A DNA stretch of 64,000 nt, from assembly GCA_977017645.1 (NCBI GenBank), contig OZ360228.1, positions 30,752,001-30,816,000 of the forward strand, read 5' to 3'. The position numbers were made by a program, and so were the translations under genes. Below are positions 38,030-50,302 of this stretch, in pieces; within the stretch, counting starts at the first letter, position 1, and each line of letters opens with the position of its first letter. Source of the DNA: Torpedo marmorata (taxonomy: Eukaryota). A model generated the notes under the pieces. It did not search any database. It worked only from the letters and a program-made list of their open reading frames with translations, and was not told the DNA's origin.

Positions 38030-39590
38030 TGTGACACCAAACAAAGCCACCACACCCCTGACGAACAGGCACCCTGCATAGCCCCGGCTGAGATGAGGAG
38101 GATCCTATCCAGAGTGACCCCACGCAAAGCAGCAGGACCAGAGAACTTACCTGGTCGGGTTCTTAAGGACTGTGCGGCCCAGCTGACGGAGGTCCTAATG
38201 GACATCTTCAACATCTCTCTGCAGCAATCCATTGACCCCACAGGATTCAAGGCAGCCACCTTCATCTGTTCAAGAGAGTGATGGTAACTGGACTAATTGA
38301 CTATGTCCAGTGGCACTGACGTCTACGATCATGAAGTGCTTTGAGCGACTGGTGATGGAACGCATCAAATCGCACCTTCCAGCGACATTGGACCCGTTCC
38401 AGTTTGCCTACTGTCCAAACCTGTCCACAGATGATGCGAAAGCCTTGACCCTCCACTCCATTGTGACCCACCTAGAGAACGATGCCTCATATGCCAGGCT
38501 GTTGTTCATTGACTTCAACTCGGCATTCAACACGATCATACCACAGAGACTGGTGGATAAACTGTCCTCGCTGGGACTCAACACCCCTCTCTGCAACTGG
38601 ATTCTTGACCAAAAGACCCCAGTCAGTCTGGGTTGGCAGCAAAATCTCAAGTCCCATTACACTGAGCACTGGCGCACCTGCTACTGTTCATGCTGCTGAC
38701 CTATGAGTGCATGGGCAGATTCAGTTCAAACAAAATCATCAAGTTTGCAGATGATAGAACTGTAGATGGCCTCATCAACAACAATGATGAGTCGGCTTAC
38801 AGAGAGGAGTTTGGGAGTCTTGTAAAATGGTGCAAGAGCAACAACCTGAGTCTCAACATGGACAAGACAAAGGAGATGATTGTGGACTTCAGCAGGACAA
38901 AGGTCAACCACTATCCACTACACGTTAATGGCTCCATCATGGAGAGCACAAAATTCCTTGGTGTACATATAATGGACGACCTAATCTGGATCGACAGCAC
39001 CCCCTCATTAGTCAGGAAGGCGCAGCTACACTTCCAAAAGAAGTAGAGGAGGGCATGGATACTGGTTACTGGTTCCCATCTTGACAACATTTTACAGGAG
39101 CACAATTGAGAGTGTCCTGCATTATCGTGTGGTCTGATAGCTACTAAGCATCAGACCAGAAGTCAATACAGAGGATCATCAAAATGGCTGAGTTTCCCCT
39201 TTCCTCTATTGACGACATTCACCGGGAGCATTGCTTACATAGGGCTCAAAGAATTATTGAGGATCCCCACCATCCATCACACAGTATCTTTGACCCACTA
39301 CCATCATGAAGGAGGTACAGGACCATCAAAATCAGGACTGGCAGACTGGGAAATAGCTTCTTCCCGCAGGCTGTGAGATTGATGAATCCTGTAACCTTGG
39401 GTCACTCATAAATGAAACGTTAATTATTCCAGAATATTTATACAAATTTATTTATATCATATCTTTATGTATATACAGTATGTGATTATTATGTGCTGTG
39501 CATTGTGTGTGTATGAGTGAGCTCCGTGGTCCGGAGAATTGCTGTTTCATCTGGTTTGTTTCTGTACAGTCTGATGATGATAAACTTGCA
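38030..39590 (+). mobile_element. Rex1/Babar-like LINE, decayed
   Basis: [55 protein letters not shown]. Confidence 0.85.
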
Positions 39591-39804
39591 CTTGAGATGG
39601 TGTTAGGTTTGATAGCTCTTTTCTGTGACTTGAGTGAGATAAATTTCTGTGATCTTAATAAAAAACAGTTCATGATGATGTGGTTGGCGAGGGTTGCAGG
39701 CTTGAGGGGAGCGGCGGTCTGACGCAGGTCACCAGAGCGGAAGAACACCACCCTCTCAGCCACTTCCAAGAAGGAGAATTTTAAATTTAGACATTCAGCA
39801 TAGT

Positions 39805-40795
39805 ACATAAGAACATAAGAAATTAGGAACAAGAGTAGGCCAACCGGCCCATCGAGCCTGCTCCGCCATTCAATAAGATCATGGCTGATCTGATCAATGA
39901 CCTAACTCCACCTACCTGCCCTTTCCCCATATCCCCTAATTCCTTTTTTATGTAAAAATCTATCCAACTGAACCTTAAATATGTTCAATGAAGCAGCCTC
40001 AACCGCTTCCCTGGGTAGAGAATTCCACAAATTCACCACTCTCTGGGAAAAACTGTTTTTCCTCATCTCTGTCCTAAATCTACTCCCCCGAATCTTGAGG
40101 CTGTGTCCCCTAGTTTTGGTCTCACCTGCCAGTGAAAAAAACCTTCCTACCTCTATCCTATCCATCCCCTTCATAATTCTATGTTTCTATAAGATCTCCT
40201 CTCATTCTTCTGAACTCGAGCAAGTATAATCCCAGACGATTTAATCTTTCATCATAAATCAACCCCTTCATCTCAGGGATCAACCTAGTAAACCTCCTCT
40301 GGACTGCCTCCAAGGCCAGTATATCCTTCCTCAAATATGGAGACCAGAACTGCACACAGTACTCCAGGTGCGGTCTCACCAGTACAATTGCAACATTACC
40401 TCCTTGCTCCTGAATTCAATTCCTCTAGCGATGAAGGCCAACATTCCATTTGCCTTCTTAATAACCTGCTGCACCTGCAACCCAACTTTTTGCGATTCGT
40501 GCACAAGCACTCCCAAGTCCTTCTGCACAACAGCATGCTGCAGTTTTTCACCACTTAAATAATACTCTGCTCTTTTATTTTTCTTGCCAAAGTGGATAAC
40601 CTCGCACTTACTAACATTGTACTCCATCTGCCAGACCTTTGCCCACTCACCTAACTTAACTATATCCCTCTGCAGACTCTCCACATCCTCAGTACAATTT
40701 GCTCTTTCACTCAATTTAGTATCATCCGCAAACTTGGCTACACCACATTTTGTCCCCTCCTCCAAATCATCAATGTAAATGATGAACAGTTGTGG
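39805..40795 (-). mobile_element. Young 5'-truncated CR1 inserted into a SINE
   Basis: [21 protein letters not shown]; near-identical to 18301-19195; SINE tail at ~39776-39804 and SINE body at ~40796-41010 flank it. Confidence 0.9.
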
Positions 40796-41010
40796 GCCCT
40801 TCCGTCCCAAGTGCCCGTGCAGACCAAATACCCTTATTAACTTACAATCCCCGTACGTCTTGAAGGGTGGGAGGAAACCGGAGCGTCCGGAGGAAACTCA
40901 CGCAGACACGGGGAGAACGTACAAACTCCTTACAGACAGCACTGGATTCGAACCCAGGTCGTTGGCACTGTAATAGCGTTGCGCTAACCTCTACACTAAC
41001 TCTGCCGCCC
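40796..41010 (-). mobile_element. tRNA-derived V-SINE-like element (HE1-like), 3' end split off by CR1
   Basis: GGGCGGC head, B-box GGTTCGAATCC, core GGAGTTTGTACGTTCTCCCCGTGTCTGCGT..CTCCGGTTTCCTCCCAC. Confidence 0.85.
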
Positions 41011-42180
41011 CTTAAGCTTCCCAGATGCTGGGAAGAGGATGACCCTAAGGGGTGGGAAACCATAGCATCAGACCATCAAGGGGCTCGGCAGCTGAAAGTC
41101 TTGCACCAGGCTGCAGGCTGCTGTAGACTGGCTCATGGAAACTGGGTCTTGGGACTGGGATCCATGAGAGTGCTGATGGCGAGCAGGGCTCCGGAAGGGC
41201 CTCTGGCGCTGATGGCTTCTTAGTTGAGAACCAGGGGTTGAGGAGAGAGACTCGGTCACCTGGAGCTCGGGTTTACCGCTGGACCGGACAGGAAGCCATG
41301 CAGCTACAGAGGTTATGGGGGCGCAGGAGGTGGCAGCATCGGAGGAAGTGGTATCCACAAATACTCGGTGTCTCTGAAACTTTTTTCTCTTCTCGGTAGA
41401 GACTCTGGACTAGTGGTGCCTCTTTGTGTGTCTTTATGGACAAACAAAAGCAAACACGTTTTGGTATTTCTGTACATGACAGCAAAGGAACCTTGTTCTA
41501 TCTGCAGTCTGATGCCCCTGGCTTTTTAGTCACACAACCAACCCCTCTCACCAAGCCATTTCTTATGGCATCAGGCAATGAATCTTCCTTGATTTAACCT
41601 TACTGGATTGGGCAGGACTTCCATTTACAACTTAAATTCAAGCAGGTCTCCATGGCCACAGAGCGAGACCAAGGCTTTCCACAGGTAATTAATTAGAGAG
41701 GAAGGAGACGCAATGTGATTCCCCACCTCACAAAGAATTTGGGGCAACATCAGCCTTCACTCAGGCATGCCCTGTTTTGTTTAGTGATGGATGTGGGGAA
41801 GTGAGGGGAACAAAGGTGAACGAATGACAGGCAATTCTTCCATTGAGCATTGGTTCACTGGTATGCATTGAGCAGAGAGAGGGAGCAAGAGAGAGAGAGA
41901 AAAAAAAAACCTTCTGCAGTCCTGTCAGAAGAATGAAAGAATGTTGTAGCTGAAGAGCTCATCATATCAAGTGTGTTTATAGAGGACGGTGGGGTGTTGT
42001 CCTGACTGCAGCACAGAACACTTTCACCAAGAATCAGTCAGCAACCATAACAAGTTGGTATCGCGTGCTCACATCTTTAGTGCGACCTCACCTGACACAG
42101 CTGAACTAATTTGGAGGACAGAATGAATTTTGAAAGATCGTCTTTTTCCGTTGATGGTGTGTGGTTTCTTTGTTTTGCAG

Positions 42181-42273
42181 ATGGAATGGGTCGAGTTCTA
42201 GCACAGGATGTATTTGCTAAAGACAACCTGCCGCCATTTCCAGCATCAGTGAAGGATGGCTATGCTGTCAGAG
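42181..42273 (+). CDS. GPHN: Gephyrin coding exon (E domain)
   Basis: ttgcag|AT GGA ATG...GTC AGA G|gtgag; (D)[30 protein letters not shown], MoeA signature; 93 bp; phase matches previous exon. Confidence 0.97.
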
Positions 42274-42357
42274 GTGAGGAGTCTTGTTCTGAATGACAGA
42301 TGTTGAAGTTGCACACTCTGTGTGAACAGCTTTAAATGGTTATGTCTTTTATTGCAG

Positions 42358-42413
42358 CTGCCGATGGCCCTGGTGACAGATTCATCATTGGAGAATCACA
42401 GGCAGGTGACCAG
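42358..42413 (+). CDS. GPHN: Gephyrin coding exon (E domain)
   Basis: attgcag|CT GCC GAT...GAC CAG|gtggg; (A)ADGPGDRFIIGESQAGDQ; 56 bp after an 84-bp intron. Confidence 0.96.
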
Positions 42414-42649
42414 GTGGGTTTTGATGTTTACGTTGCATCAAATTTATTTTTAGCATTGAGGAGTAGGAACCAAATACCTTTCTGTAAACGACTGATAAAT
42501 TTCTTTGTCACATAAATAGAAAAATAAGTGCAAGGTACATGTTCAGAAGTGTGAACTTAATGCAAGGCTTCATTTTGAAACTGTTCAGAATACTGTTTTC
42601 ATTTAATTGTATTAAGACTCTTTAAAATGATTTATTTCAGGGTTAATGA

Positions 42650-43141
42650 TGTCGTCACCTCGGCACCTACCCCTGTGACCGCAGGAGGTGCTCCACTTGC
42701 GCCCACACCTCCTCCCTCGCCAGCATTCGGGGCTCCAAACAGCCCTTCCAAGTGAAGCAGCATTTCACTTGTGAATCTGCAGGGGTCATCTACTGTATCC
42801 GGTGCTCCCGTTGTGGTCTCCTCTACATCGGAGAGACTGGGCGCAGACTGGGAGATCGCTTTGCTGAGCACCTCGGCTCTGTCCGTCGAAATAATGGGGA
42901 TCTCCCAGTGGCCACCCATTTCAATTCCCCGCCTCATTCCCATGCCGACATGTCTATCCATGGTCTCATTCACTGCCAGACTGAGACCATCCACAAATTG
43001 GAGGCACAGCAGCTCATATTCTGCCTGGGCACCCTCCAATGGATGGCAGGAACATTAACCTCCGGTTTCTGTTAGCTTCACCCCCCCCCACCCGCCCACC
43101 CCCCCCCCTCTTCCTATGTCTCCTTTCCTGTAGCTCTGTCA

Positions 43142-43186
<45 letters not shown>

Positions 43187-43580
43187 TCTCTCTCACTCTC
43201 TCTCTTCCCTTTTCCCTCTGTCTCCTTTACCCCAGCTCTGCATTCACAGAGCCACCACCCCCCCCCCCCACCCCTCACTCCCTGAATCAATTCTCACCTT
43301 TCCTCTCTCCTGGCCTCTTCTCCATTTTCAATGATCACCTTTTCTCTGTTGGTCTGTACTCCTCCCCCTTCCATTTCCTTTATTTAGGCGCCTGCTTGCT
43401 TTTTCTCATTTCTTGAAGAAGGGCCCAGGCCTGAAATGTCCATAATATATCTTTATCTCCTTACTTACTGAGTTCCTCCAGCATTTCTGTGTTTTTACTA
43501 CAAACTCAGCATTTGCAGACTTTCGTGTTTCTCTAATGATGTCGTCATACCTACCGAAGGGCCCAGGCCTGAAAAGTCTG
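42650..43580 (+). mobile_element. Penelope-like 3' fragment with (CT)n and tandem terminal duplication
   Basis: GVIYCIRCSRCGLLYIGETGRRLGDRFAEH; (CT)n ~43143-43205; hammerhead-like motif at ~43413-43440, partly repeated at ~43553-43578. Confidence 0.85.
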
Positions 43581-43704
43581 CAGACTTTCTTGTTTAACTC
43601 TTAAGGATGTTGCTGGCAAAGCTACATGCATTGGCTATCCCTGACAGTCAGCTTTCTTCTTGATCATCTCCATTCTTCAAAGTGTGGAGCTGAGTATTGC
43701 TTTA

Positions 43705-43970
43705 TTTTAAATTTTTTAAATTTAAATTTAGATATACAGCACTGTAACAGGCCAATTCGGCCCTACGAGTCCGTGCCGCCCAATTTACACCCCATTAACC
43801 TACACCCTGGTACGTTTTTGAAGGGTGGGAGGAAACTGGAGAAAACCCACGCAGACACGGGGAGAACGTACAAACTCCTTACAGACAGTGCGGGATTTGA
43901 ACCCTTGTCCGGTCCCGATCGCTGGCGCTGTAAAGGCGTTGCGCTAACCGCTATGCCAACTGTGCCGCCC
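43705..43970 (-). mobile_element. V-SINE-like tRNA SINE
   Basis: Full head, V-type core and (tttaaa)n tail. Confidence 0.85.
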
Positions 43971-44621
43971 TAGTTGTTCAATGCCACAGGGTGGCCTCTA
44001 AGGATAAGAATAGAAAGTTAACCGCTTTGGTGTGGAATTGGAATGGAAAAATGATCCATGTTGTCCATTATTAGGCTTAATTAAACCAGTTGAATTTAAA
44101 TGAGAATCCAATGGCTTTATGGTCACATTTATTGACTGATTCAAACTTGAATTAAAATTTTCAAACAAATTGGTAATTTGATTTTACTTTTAGCTTTTGG
44201 AGAGTAATTAATATTCTGGTGATGCTGTATGCATTTCTAATAATTTACCTCAAGGACTTGACTTTAAAATCCAAAGCTCAAATTCGTTCCTGAAAAATTT
44301 GAACAGCACAAAATCTCTTTCTGCATCTTTTTGAATGGATTACACGTTCCGATTGAGTAGCATTCTAATGGGCATTGAACTTTCTTCTTCGTCTTCAGAA
44401 TGCTCCATGTTAAGATGTGACATCATGAGAGAAATAGAGAGAGTGGATAATTTTTGAGGAGATTTGGCTTCAACATTTACACTGGTTAAATTTTGTGACG
44501 GTCATCTTTTCCAACAATATTGCAGTTCACTATTAGGAGATGTGGATTGTATGTCTGCATTTGGAAAACATGGATTGCCCCAAAACTCTATTCCCAATAA
44601 TTTGCTGGAGTAGAGTTAAAC

Positions 44622-44791
44622 AAGAAGGTCTGCAGATGCTGGGGTCGAGTGCAATACACAAGTGTGCTGGAGAAGCCTAGCAGGTCACGCAGCATCCATA
44701 GGAAGTAAAGGGCCTGAAACGTTGGTTACCCTTTACTTTCTATGAATGCTGCGTGACCTGCTGAGTTTCCCCACCACATTTGTGTATTGTA
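44622..44791. mobile_element. Short fold-back Penelope-terminus element
   Basis: Inverted arms 44650-44712 / 44729-44791 around cctGAAACGTTggtta. Confidence 0.7.
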
Positions 44792-44880
44792 TTTGCTGGA
44801 GTAGCAAGGGAAAGGAAAAAAACAGGGCATCAAATTATCAAACCATTCTTTGCCAGTTTTATCAAAAACATTTGGTTATA

Positions 44881-45298
44881 CAGTACGTTTCCCCATATCC
44901 GAAATTCGGTTAACCGAAAAGTTCAATTATCCGAACTTTTTTTTGACGGCGACATGACGTCACAAGTTGGAAAAAAAATTCACCCAACGTGTTCATGTGG
45001 GACTCTGACACGCTGTTAGCGCCATTTTGAATCCAACGGAGCTCTCGTGTAATGTACAATGGCAAAAAGGTCTGCAGATAGCACTGTCGAAGCAGAGATC
45101 ACGTTGTTTTTAGGTAAGAATTAAACTTTATTTCATGCTTGAAAAGCCTTTTGTTGTTTTTTGTTGTTGTTTAACTGCTGATACAAGTATTCTGCTGATG
45201 CTACTGGGCTGCTTAAAGCCATTATTCGGTTATTCGAAAAATCCAGTTAACCGATAAACGTCCGGTCCCAAGCTTTTCGGATATGGGGAAACGTACTG
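44881..45298. mobile_element. Tigger/pogo-type MITE
   Basis: TIRs CAGTACGTTTCCCCATATCCGAAA / TTTCGGATATGGGGAAACGTACTG, TA duplications; inserted in a Penelope tail. Confidence 0.9.
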
Positions 45299-45402
45299 TA
45301 TATCTTTGCCTCCTATGGACGCTGCGGGACCTGTTGAGTTTTTCCAGCACTTTTGTGTATTTACTCCGAACAATGCGGTGTGTTTCTTTAGATTTAGTTT
45401 GA

Positions 45403-45666
<264 letters not shown>

Positions 45667-46285
45667 TGAGGACTAGGATAGATGCTAAGTATTGCCATGT
45701 TCATTTCATGTTGGTATTCTTTATGTCTGCAGCATGATGTACTTCTAATCATGGTAAGTTGATAGAGAGCTATTCAGCTTTTTTGAGCACTATAACCGGT
45801 GCTGACATTTTAGTAGCCAGCCAAGCTTTTGCTTTTATTTTCTCTTCTTGAAATTGGGGCCCACACAATGAGAACACTACTCGCACAAATATTTTTTGTT
45901 TGTTTTTCTAAATGTTGAAGGTTGCTTCGTTTACTGAGTTTCATGAAGTATCCGTTTCAAATTATTTTTGCTTCTATTCATTTTATTTTAAAGTAATGAT
46001 TTCTGACTGTAGAAAGAATGCCGCATGTGAATGGGGATTGGTATTATTTCATACTTTTTCCGGAACTTTGCTGGACATTTTTAATAGTAACAGATCTAAT
46101 AATCATGATAGAGGGATCAAATGCGTGAGTGGCTGAGGATTGGTGCTCTCGACGAGATCCACATGCTGCATTCCAAATTGTTCCTTGAGTGTTTCATCAG
46201 CAATGCTTTTAGAATGATAATTATGGCTGCAGCAGTCTAGTATCCTCTCGTTCCTCTGAGCTTAGGTTGTAATTTAATGTTGCAG

Positions 46286-46344
46286 GGCACAGAAGAGCTT
46301 GAAGTGCGAATTCTGACACAAGCTCGTCCAGGTCAGGACATCAG
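46286..46344 (+). CDS. GPHN: Gephyrin coding exon (E domain)
   Basis: tgcag|GGC ACA GAA...ATC AG|gttgg; GTEELEVRILTQARPGQDI(R); 59 bp. Confidence 0.96.
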
Positions 46345-47288
46345 GTTGGTATCTATATATCATGCATGTGATTTCAATGGTCTACATTTGCAAAGAGTAA
46401 TAGCATCATCGTGTCAACCTTTTCAACACCATCGAGGGCAAAAGTGAGCAAGCAGCCCAATATATTGTGGCATCAACTCTGCTCAATCTGTCCTGCATCC
46501 TTCCCTTTTCCATGAAACCCAATCACTAATGAAAACAGGAATCAATGATTGTCCAGTTTAAGAAGAAAGTTTCACCGGCAACTGTGGGATTTAAGGTCAC
46601 GCAGCGAACGAAAGAGGTAATCGCCCCAATAAATGGTTTTGGGAATACAGCAGTGGGTTTCAGGCAAGTGATAAAGGAGTTGCCCCTGTGCACTGCCTGT
46701 AGCTGTGCTGGTTTGCGCAAGAGGGGGAGTCTGATGAAGATTTAACGAAAATGATAATAGTGCTTGTCAGAAAAGAACTCACACGGAGTCTCAGCAAAAG
46801 CAGCAGCGGTTGACTTTTAATAGTTACAAGTCTGCAGAGTTGGACTCAACTTGCTGTCAGAGCAGTTGAGTGCCTTTCCATCAGTGTAGCAGCCTTTTAT
46901 ACATTTATTTTACTCACAGGTTACATGAGTTCACATTCTGTTCTACCCCTTATCATCATGTACTTCTTAGGCATTTCATCCCCCATCACTGTTTCTTTGT
47001 TTGCAGTACCATTTTTCTTGTTCCCCATATCTGCACAGGCATGCAGCTGCTATTTCAAAGAGCATTTTAACAGCACATTCTAACAGCAGAACATTAACTT
47101 TTCAAAGAGCATTTTAACAGCACATTCTAACAGCAGAACATTAACTTTTTCCTAACAATTCCACCCTTTTTCTTTTTAGAATGTGCTAAGGGTTCCAGGG
47201 GGTCCAACCCCCTCCCTCTGGGGTTCTTTGGAGCAACATTTTCACAGGGTCAGCAGGTTCACCTGGTTGCATCACTTGCATCACAATT

Positions 47289-47576
47289 TCAAGTTATAAG
47301 CATGCGGAAACAGGGAATAACGCAGGGTAACAAGAGGAGCACTAACAATATGCCCCCTACCATTTCATTTGGCCATGCATTCTTAACTAACCAATATGGG
47401 TTGCGATTGCCATTAGATGTATTCCAGCATAATATTTCACCATCATAACACCTGGAGGGGACTACCCCGGAGAGGACGGCCCCCCTCCTTCCCCTCACTT
47501 TCTTTCTTTCCCCATTGGTTGGTACAGAGAGAAAAGCAAGCAATGCTAACAACACAGCAATACAACTCCAATTCAT
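47289..47576 (-). CDS. env: ERV env remnant: signal peptide fused in frame to the TM anchor (95 aa)
   Basis: ATG overlaps pol stop (ATGA); hydrophobic N-terminus CIAVLLALLAFLSV and C-terminal GGILLVLLLLPCVIPCF. Confidence 0.75.
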   Translation of the reverse strand: MNWSCIAVLLALLAFLSVPTNGERKKVRGRRGAVLSGVVPSRCYDGEILCWNTSNGNRNPYWLVKNAWPNEMVGGILLVLLLLPCVIPCFRMLIT

Positions 47577-50302
47577 TTCGAAAGTCTCTTCAGTTTCACG
47601 TGTAAGGGACGCTCAGTAGGTTCACAAGTCCATTCACTGTCCCTCTCAGACACGGGTCCTTTCACCCGGGAGACGTGTGTCCACCCTTTTTCTTTCGTTC
47701 GTACCGCCGCCTCAGTTGTCAGCAGGACTTGAAAAGGTCCTTCCCATTGCGGTTGCAGCTTTTCGGGCTTCCAAGTCTTTACTAAGACCCAATCACCGGG
47801 GACAATATGATGAAGGGCGAAATCCAATGGTGGGGTCTGTGCCAACAACCCCTTCCTTCGTAATTCTGCAAAAGAACGTGATAATGCAAGTAAATAGTCC
47901 CTAAGAAAGATGTCCCCCCTTTCTAGTGAGGGAAATCCCTCTACCTGACTCCAATATGGCATTCCGAATAACATCTCATAAGGAGAGAGTCCAATGTCTT
48001 TACGGGGCGCAGTACGAATCCGCAGTAATGCAATAGGAAGACATCTGGTCCAAGGTAATTTTGTCTCCGTCATCAATTTAGTAAGTTGTGTTTTTAAAGT
48101 GCTATTCATTCGCTCGACTCGTCCTGAACTTTGCGGATGCCAAGGAGTGTGTAATTTCCATTCAATACCTAATGCATCACAGATAAGCTGGTGTGTCTTG
48201 GATGCAAAGTGTGTTCCACGATCAGAATCTATTGACCCAATCACACCATACCTTGGAATAATGTTTTCCAACAATATTCGAGCCACTGTTGGAGCATCTG
48301 CCTTGGTGGTTGAATATGCCTCTACCCATCTTGTGAAATGGTCCACAATTACCAACAAGTACCGCCACCTTTGTACCGGGGGCAATTCGGTGAAGTCGAT
48401 CTGGACTCGGTGAAATGGTCTCAGGGCCAGGGGCTGTCCTCCTCCGGGAGTAGCTCGCATCACCTTCCTATTTACCTTTTGGCATATGGGGCATCCCACC
48501 ACTTCCTGCTGAGCCAGGGTGTAGATTCCTTTACATGCATATTCCCTGAGCACCGTATCACATAGGGCTTGGACTCCCCAGTGGGTTTGCTGATGTAGCT
48601 GCTGAAGAATGTTGCGGGTCACTTCCTTACTCAGTACTTGTCTTCCGTCCGAGATTCTCCATTTGCCATCGGCTTCCTTCTGGGCTCCTAGTTGGTTCAT
48701 TTTATCGATTTCCATTTGCGTAAAGACCGGTAGTTTCGTCGGCTTTTCTCTCACCGGTATCAGAGTTAAAAGTTGTACCGATTCTTCAATGGCTGCCCGC
48801 TTTGCCTCTTCGTCAGCTAGTCGGTTTCCTATGGCCTCTGGAGAGTATCCCTTCTGGTGACCCGGAACATGTACCACCGCAATTTCTGTGGGTAACGCCA
48901 GGGCTTCTAGGGTTATACCTATCATTTGTTCGTGTGCTAGCCCTTTCCCTCGGGCTGTGATCAATCCCCGCTCCTTCCATATTTTCCCGAAGGTATGCAC
49001 TATCCCATAGGCATACTTAGAGTCCGTGTATATCGTCCCGACTTTCTTTTCCAGTATTTTCAATGCCCTCTGGAGGGCATACAATTCACACGATTGAGCC
49101 GACCAGCTGCCGGGGAGTCTCCCTGATTCCACCCTTTTTCCAGTTTCCCCGTTGATGATGGCATATCCGCTATGTCTTATTCCGTCAATGCACCTGGAGG
49201 AGCCATCAATATATAACTCCTGTCCCTCTTCCAGGGGCACCTCCTGTAGGTCTTCACGACTCTTGGTCTGCAGGTCCACCAGCTCAAGGCAATCATGCTT
49301 TGGCCCTTCCTCTCCTCCCGTCCTGTATAGGAACTGGGCCGGATTGCAGTTGGGATACTTCGTGAAATTCAGGTCTTCGCCGGTCATCAGAATGATCTCA
49401 TATTTCAAGATCCTGGAATCTGTTAGCCACCGGTGGGCCTTTTGTGCCAACAGGGCACTCACTGAGTGTGGTGAGTACACGGTGATTTTTCCTCCAAACG
49501 TCAGTTTCCGTGCTTCCTCCACTAGTACTGCAGTGGCGGCCACGGCTTGGATGCAGGTTGGCCATCCTCTGGATACCGGATCCAGCATTTTAGATAAAAA
49601 GGCTACTGGCTGGCGCTTTCCCCCCTTCTCTTGGGTCAAGACTCCAGACGCGATTCCCTCAGCATTATTGACATATAGTTGAAATGGCTTTTCCAAGGCG
49701 GGGAGAGCCAATACTGGTGCTCTTATCAACTGTCCTTTTATCTTTTCAAACAATCTTTCCTCCTCTTCTGTCCATCGAACCTTCCTTTCTTCTTCTCCTA
49801 GTTTTTCATATAGGAACTTAACCAGTGGTGTGTAATTTTCGATCCATATTCGGCAATAGCCCACTAGTCCCAAAAATTGGCGTATTTCCTTTTTACTTTG
49901 TGGTATGGGGAGTTTAATAATTCCAGCCACTCTTTCGGACGTGATGCAGCGATTTCCCTTAGTTAACACGTGGCCCAAGTATCGAACTTCCTTCTCGACG
50001 AATTGTAGTTTTGTCTTCGAGACCCTGAGACCTTGTTTGCCTAAGAAATTCAGCAATCTAATGGTGTCTTTTCTCACTTCACCCTCTTCGGGTCCGGATA
50101 GAAGTAGATCATCCACATATTGTAGTAACTGGTTTTCAGGACTGCATTGAAACTCAGCCAGTACTTGTTCCAACACTTGGCCAAATAAGTTTGGTGATTC
50201 AGTAAAACCTTGAGGTAACACCGTCCACCTAAGCTGTCGCCTTCTTCCTGTCAGTGGGTTCTCCCATTCGAAGGCGAACATATCGCGGCTACCTTCTTCC
50301 AA
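47573..50302 (-). CDS. pol: ERV pol remnant: RT core, RNase H, integrase (909 aa open)
   Basis: WTVLPQGFTESP, QYVDDLL, YIDGSS, IYTDSKY, H..H C..C, IDFTE, IDSDRGTHF, QSSGRVER, WEGPF; protease and RT N-terminus absent. Confidence 0.93.
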   Translation of the reverse strand: MEEGSRDMFAFEWENPLTGRRRQLRWTVLPQGFTESPNLFGQVLEQVLAEFQCSPENQLLQYVDDLLLSGPEEGEVRKDTIRLLNFLGKQGLRVSKTKLQFVEKEVRYLGHVLTKGNRCITSERVAGIIKLPIPQSKKEIRQFLGLVGYCRIWIENYTPLVKFLYEKLGEEERKVRWTEEEERLFEKIKGQLIRAPVLALPALEKPFQLYVNNAEGIASGVLTQEKGGKRQPVAFLSKMLDPVSRGWPTCIQAVAATAVLVEEARKLTFGGKITVYSPHSVSALLAQKAHRWLTDSRILKYEIILMTGEDLNFTKYPNCNPAQFLYRTGGEEGPKHDCLELVDLQTKSREDLQEVPLEEGQELYIDGSSRCIDGIRHSGYAIINGETGKRVESGRLPGSWSAQSCELYALQRALKILEKKVGTIYTDSKYAYGIVHTFGKIWKERGLITARGKGLAHEQMIGITLEALALPTEIAVVHVPGHQKGYSPEAIGNRLADEEAKRAAIEESVQLLTLIPVREKPTKLPVFTQMEIDKMNQLGAQKEADGKWRISDGRQVLSKEVTRNILQQLHQQTHWGVQALCDTVLREYACKGIYTLAQQEVVGCPICQKVNRKVMRATPGGGQPLALRPFHRVQIDFTELPPVQRWRYLLVIVDHFTRWVEAYSTTKADAPTVARILLENIIPRYGVIGSIDSDRGTHFASKTHQLICDALGIEWKLHTPWHPQSSGRVERMNSTLKTQLTKLMTETKLPWTRCLPIALLRIRTAPRKDIGLSPYEMLFGMPYWSQVEGFPSLERGDIFLRDYLLALSRSFAELRRKGLLAQTPPLDFALHHIVPGDWVLVKTWKPEKLQPQWEGPFQVLLTTEAAVRTKEKGWTHVSRVKGPVSERDSEWTCEPTERPLHVKLKRLSK

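Noticed and set aside
40930-41010. tRNA-like A/B boxes (also ~43890-43970, 55478-55555)
   Set aside because: SINE heads continuing into a V-type core; no complete cloverleaf seen
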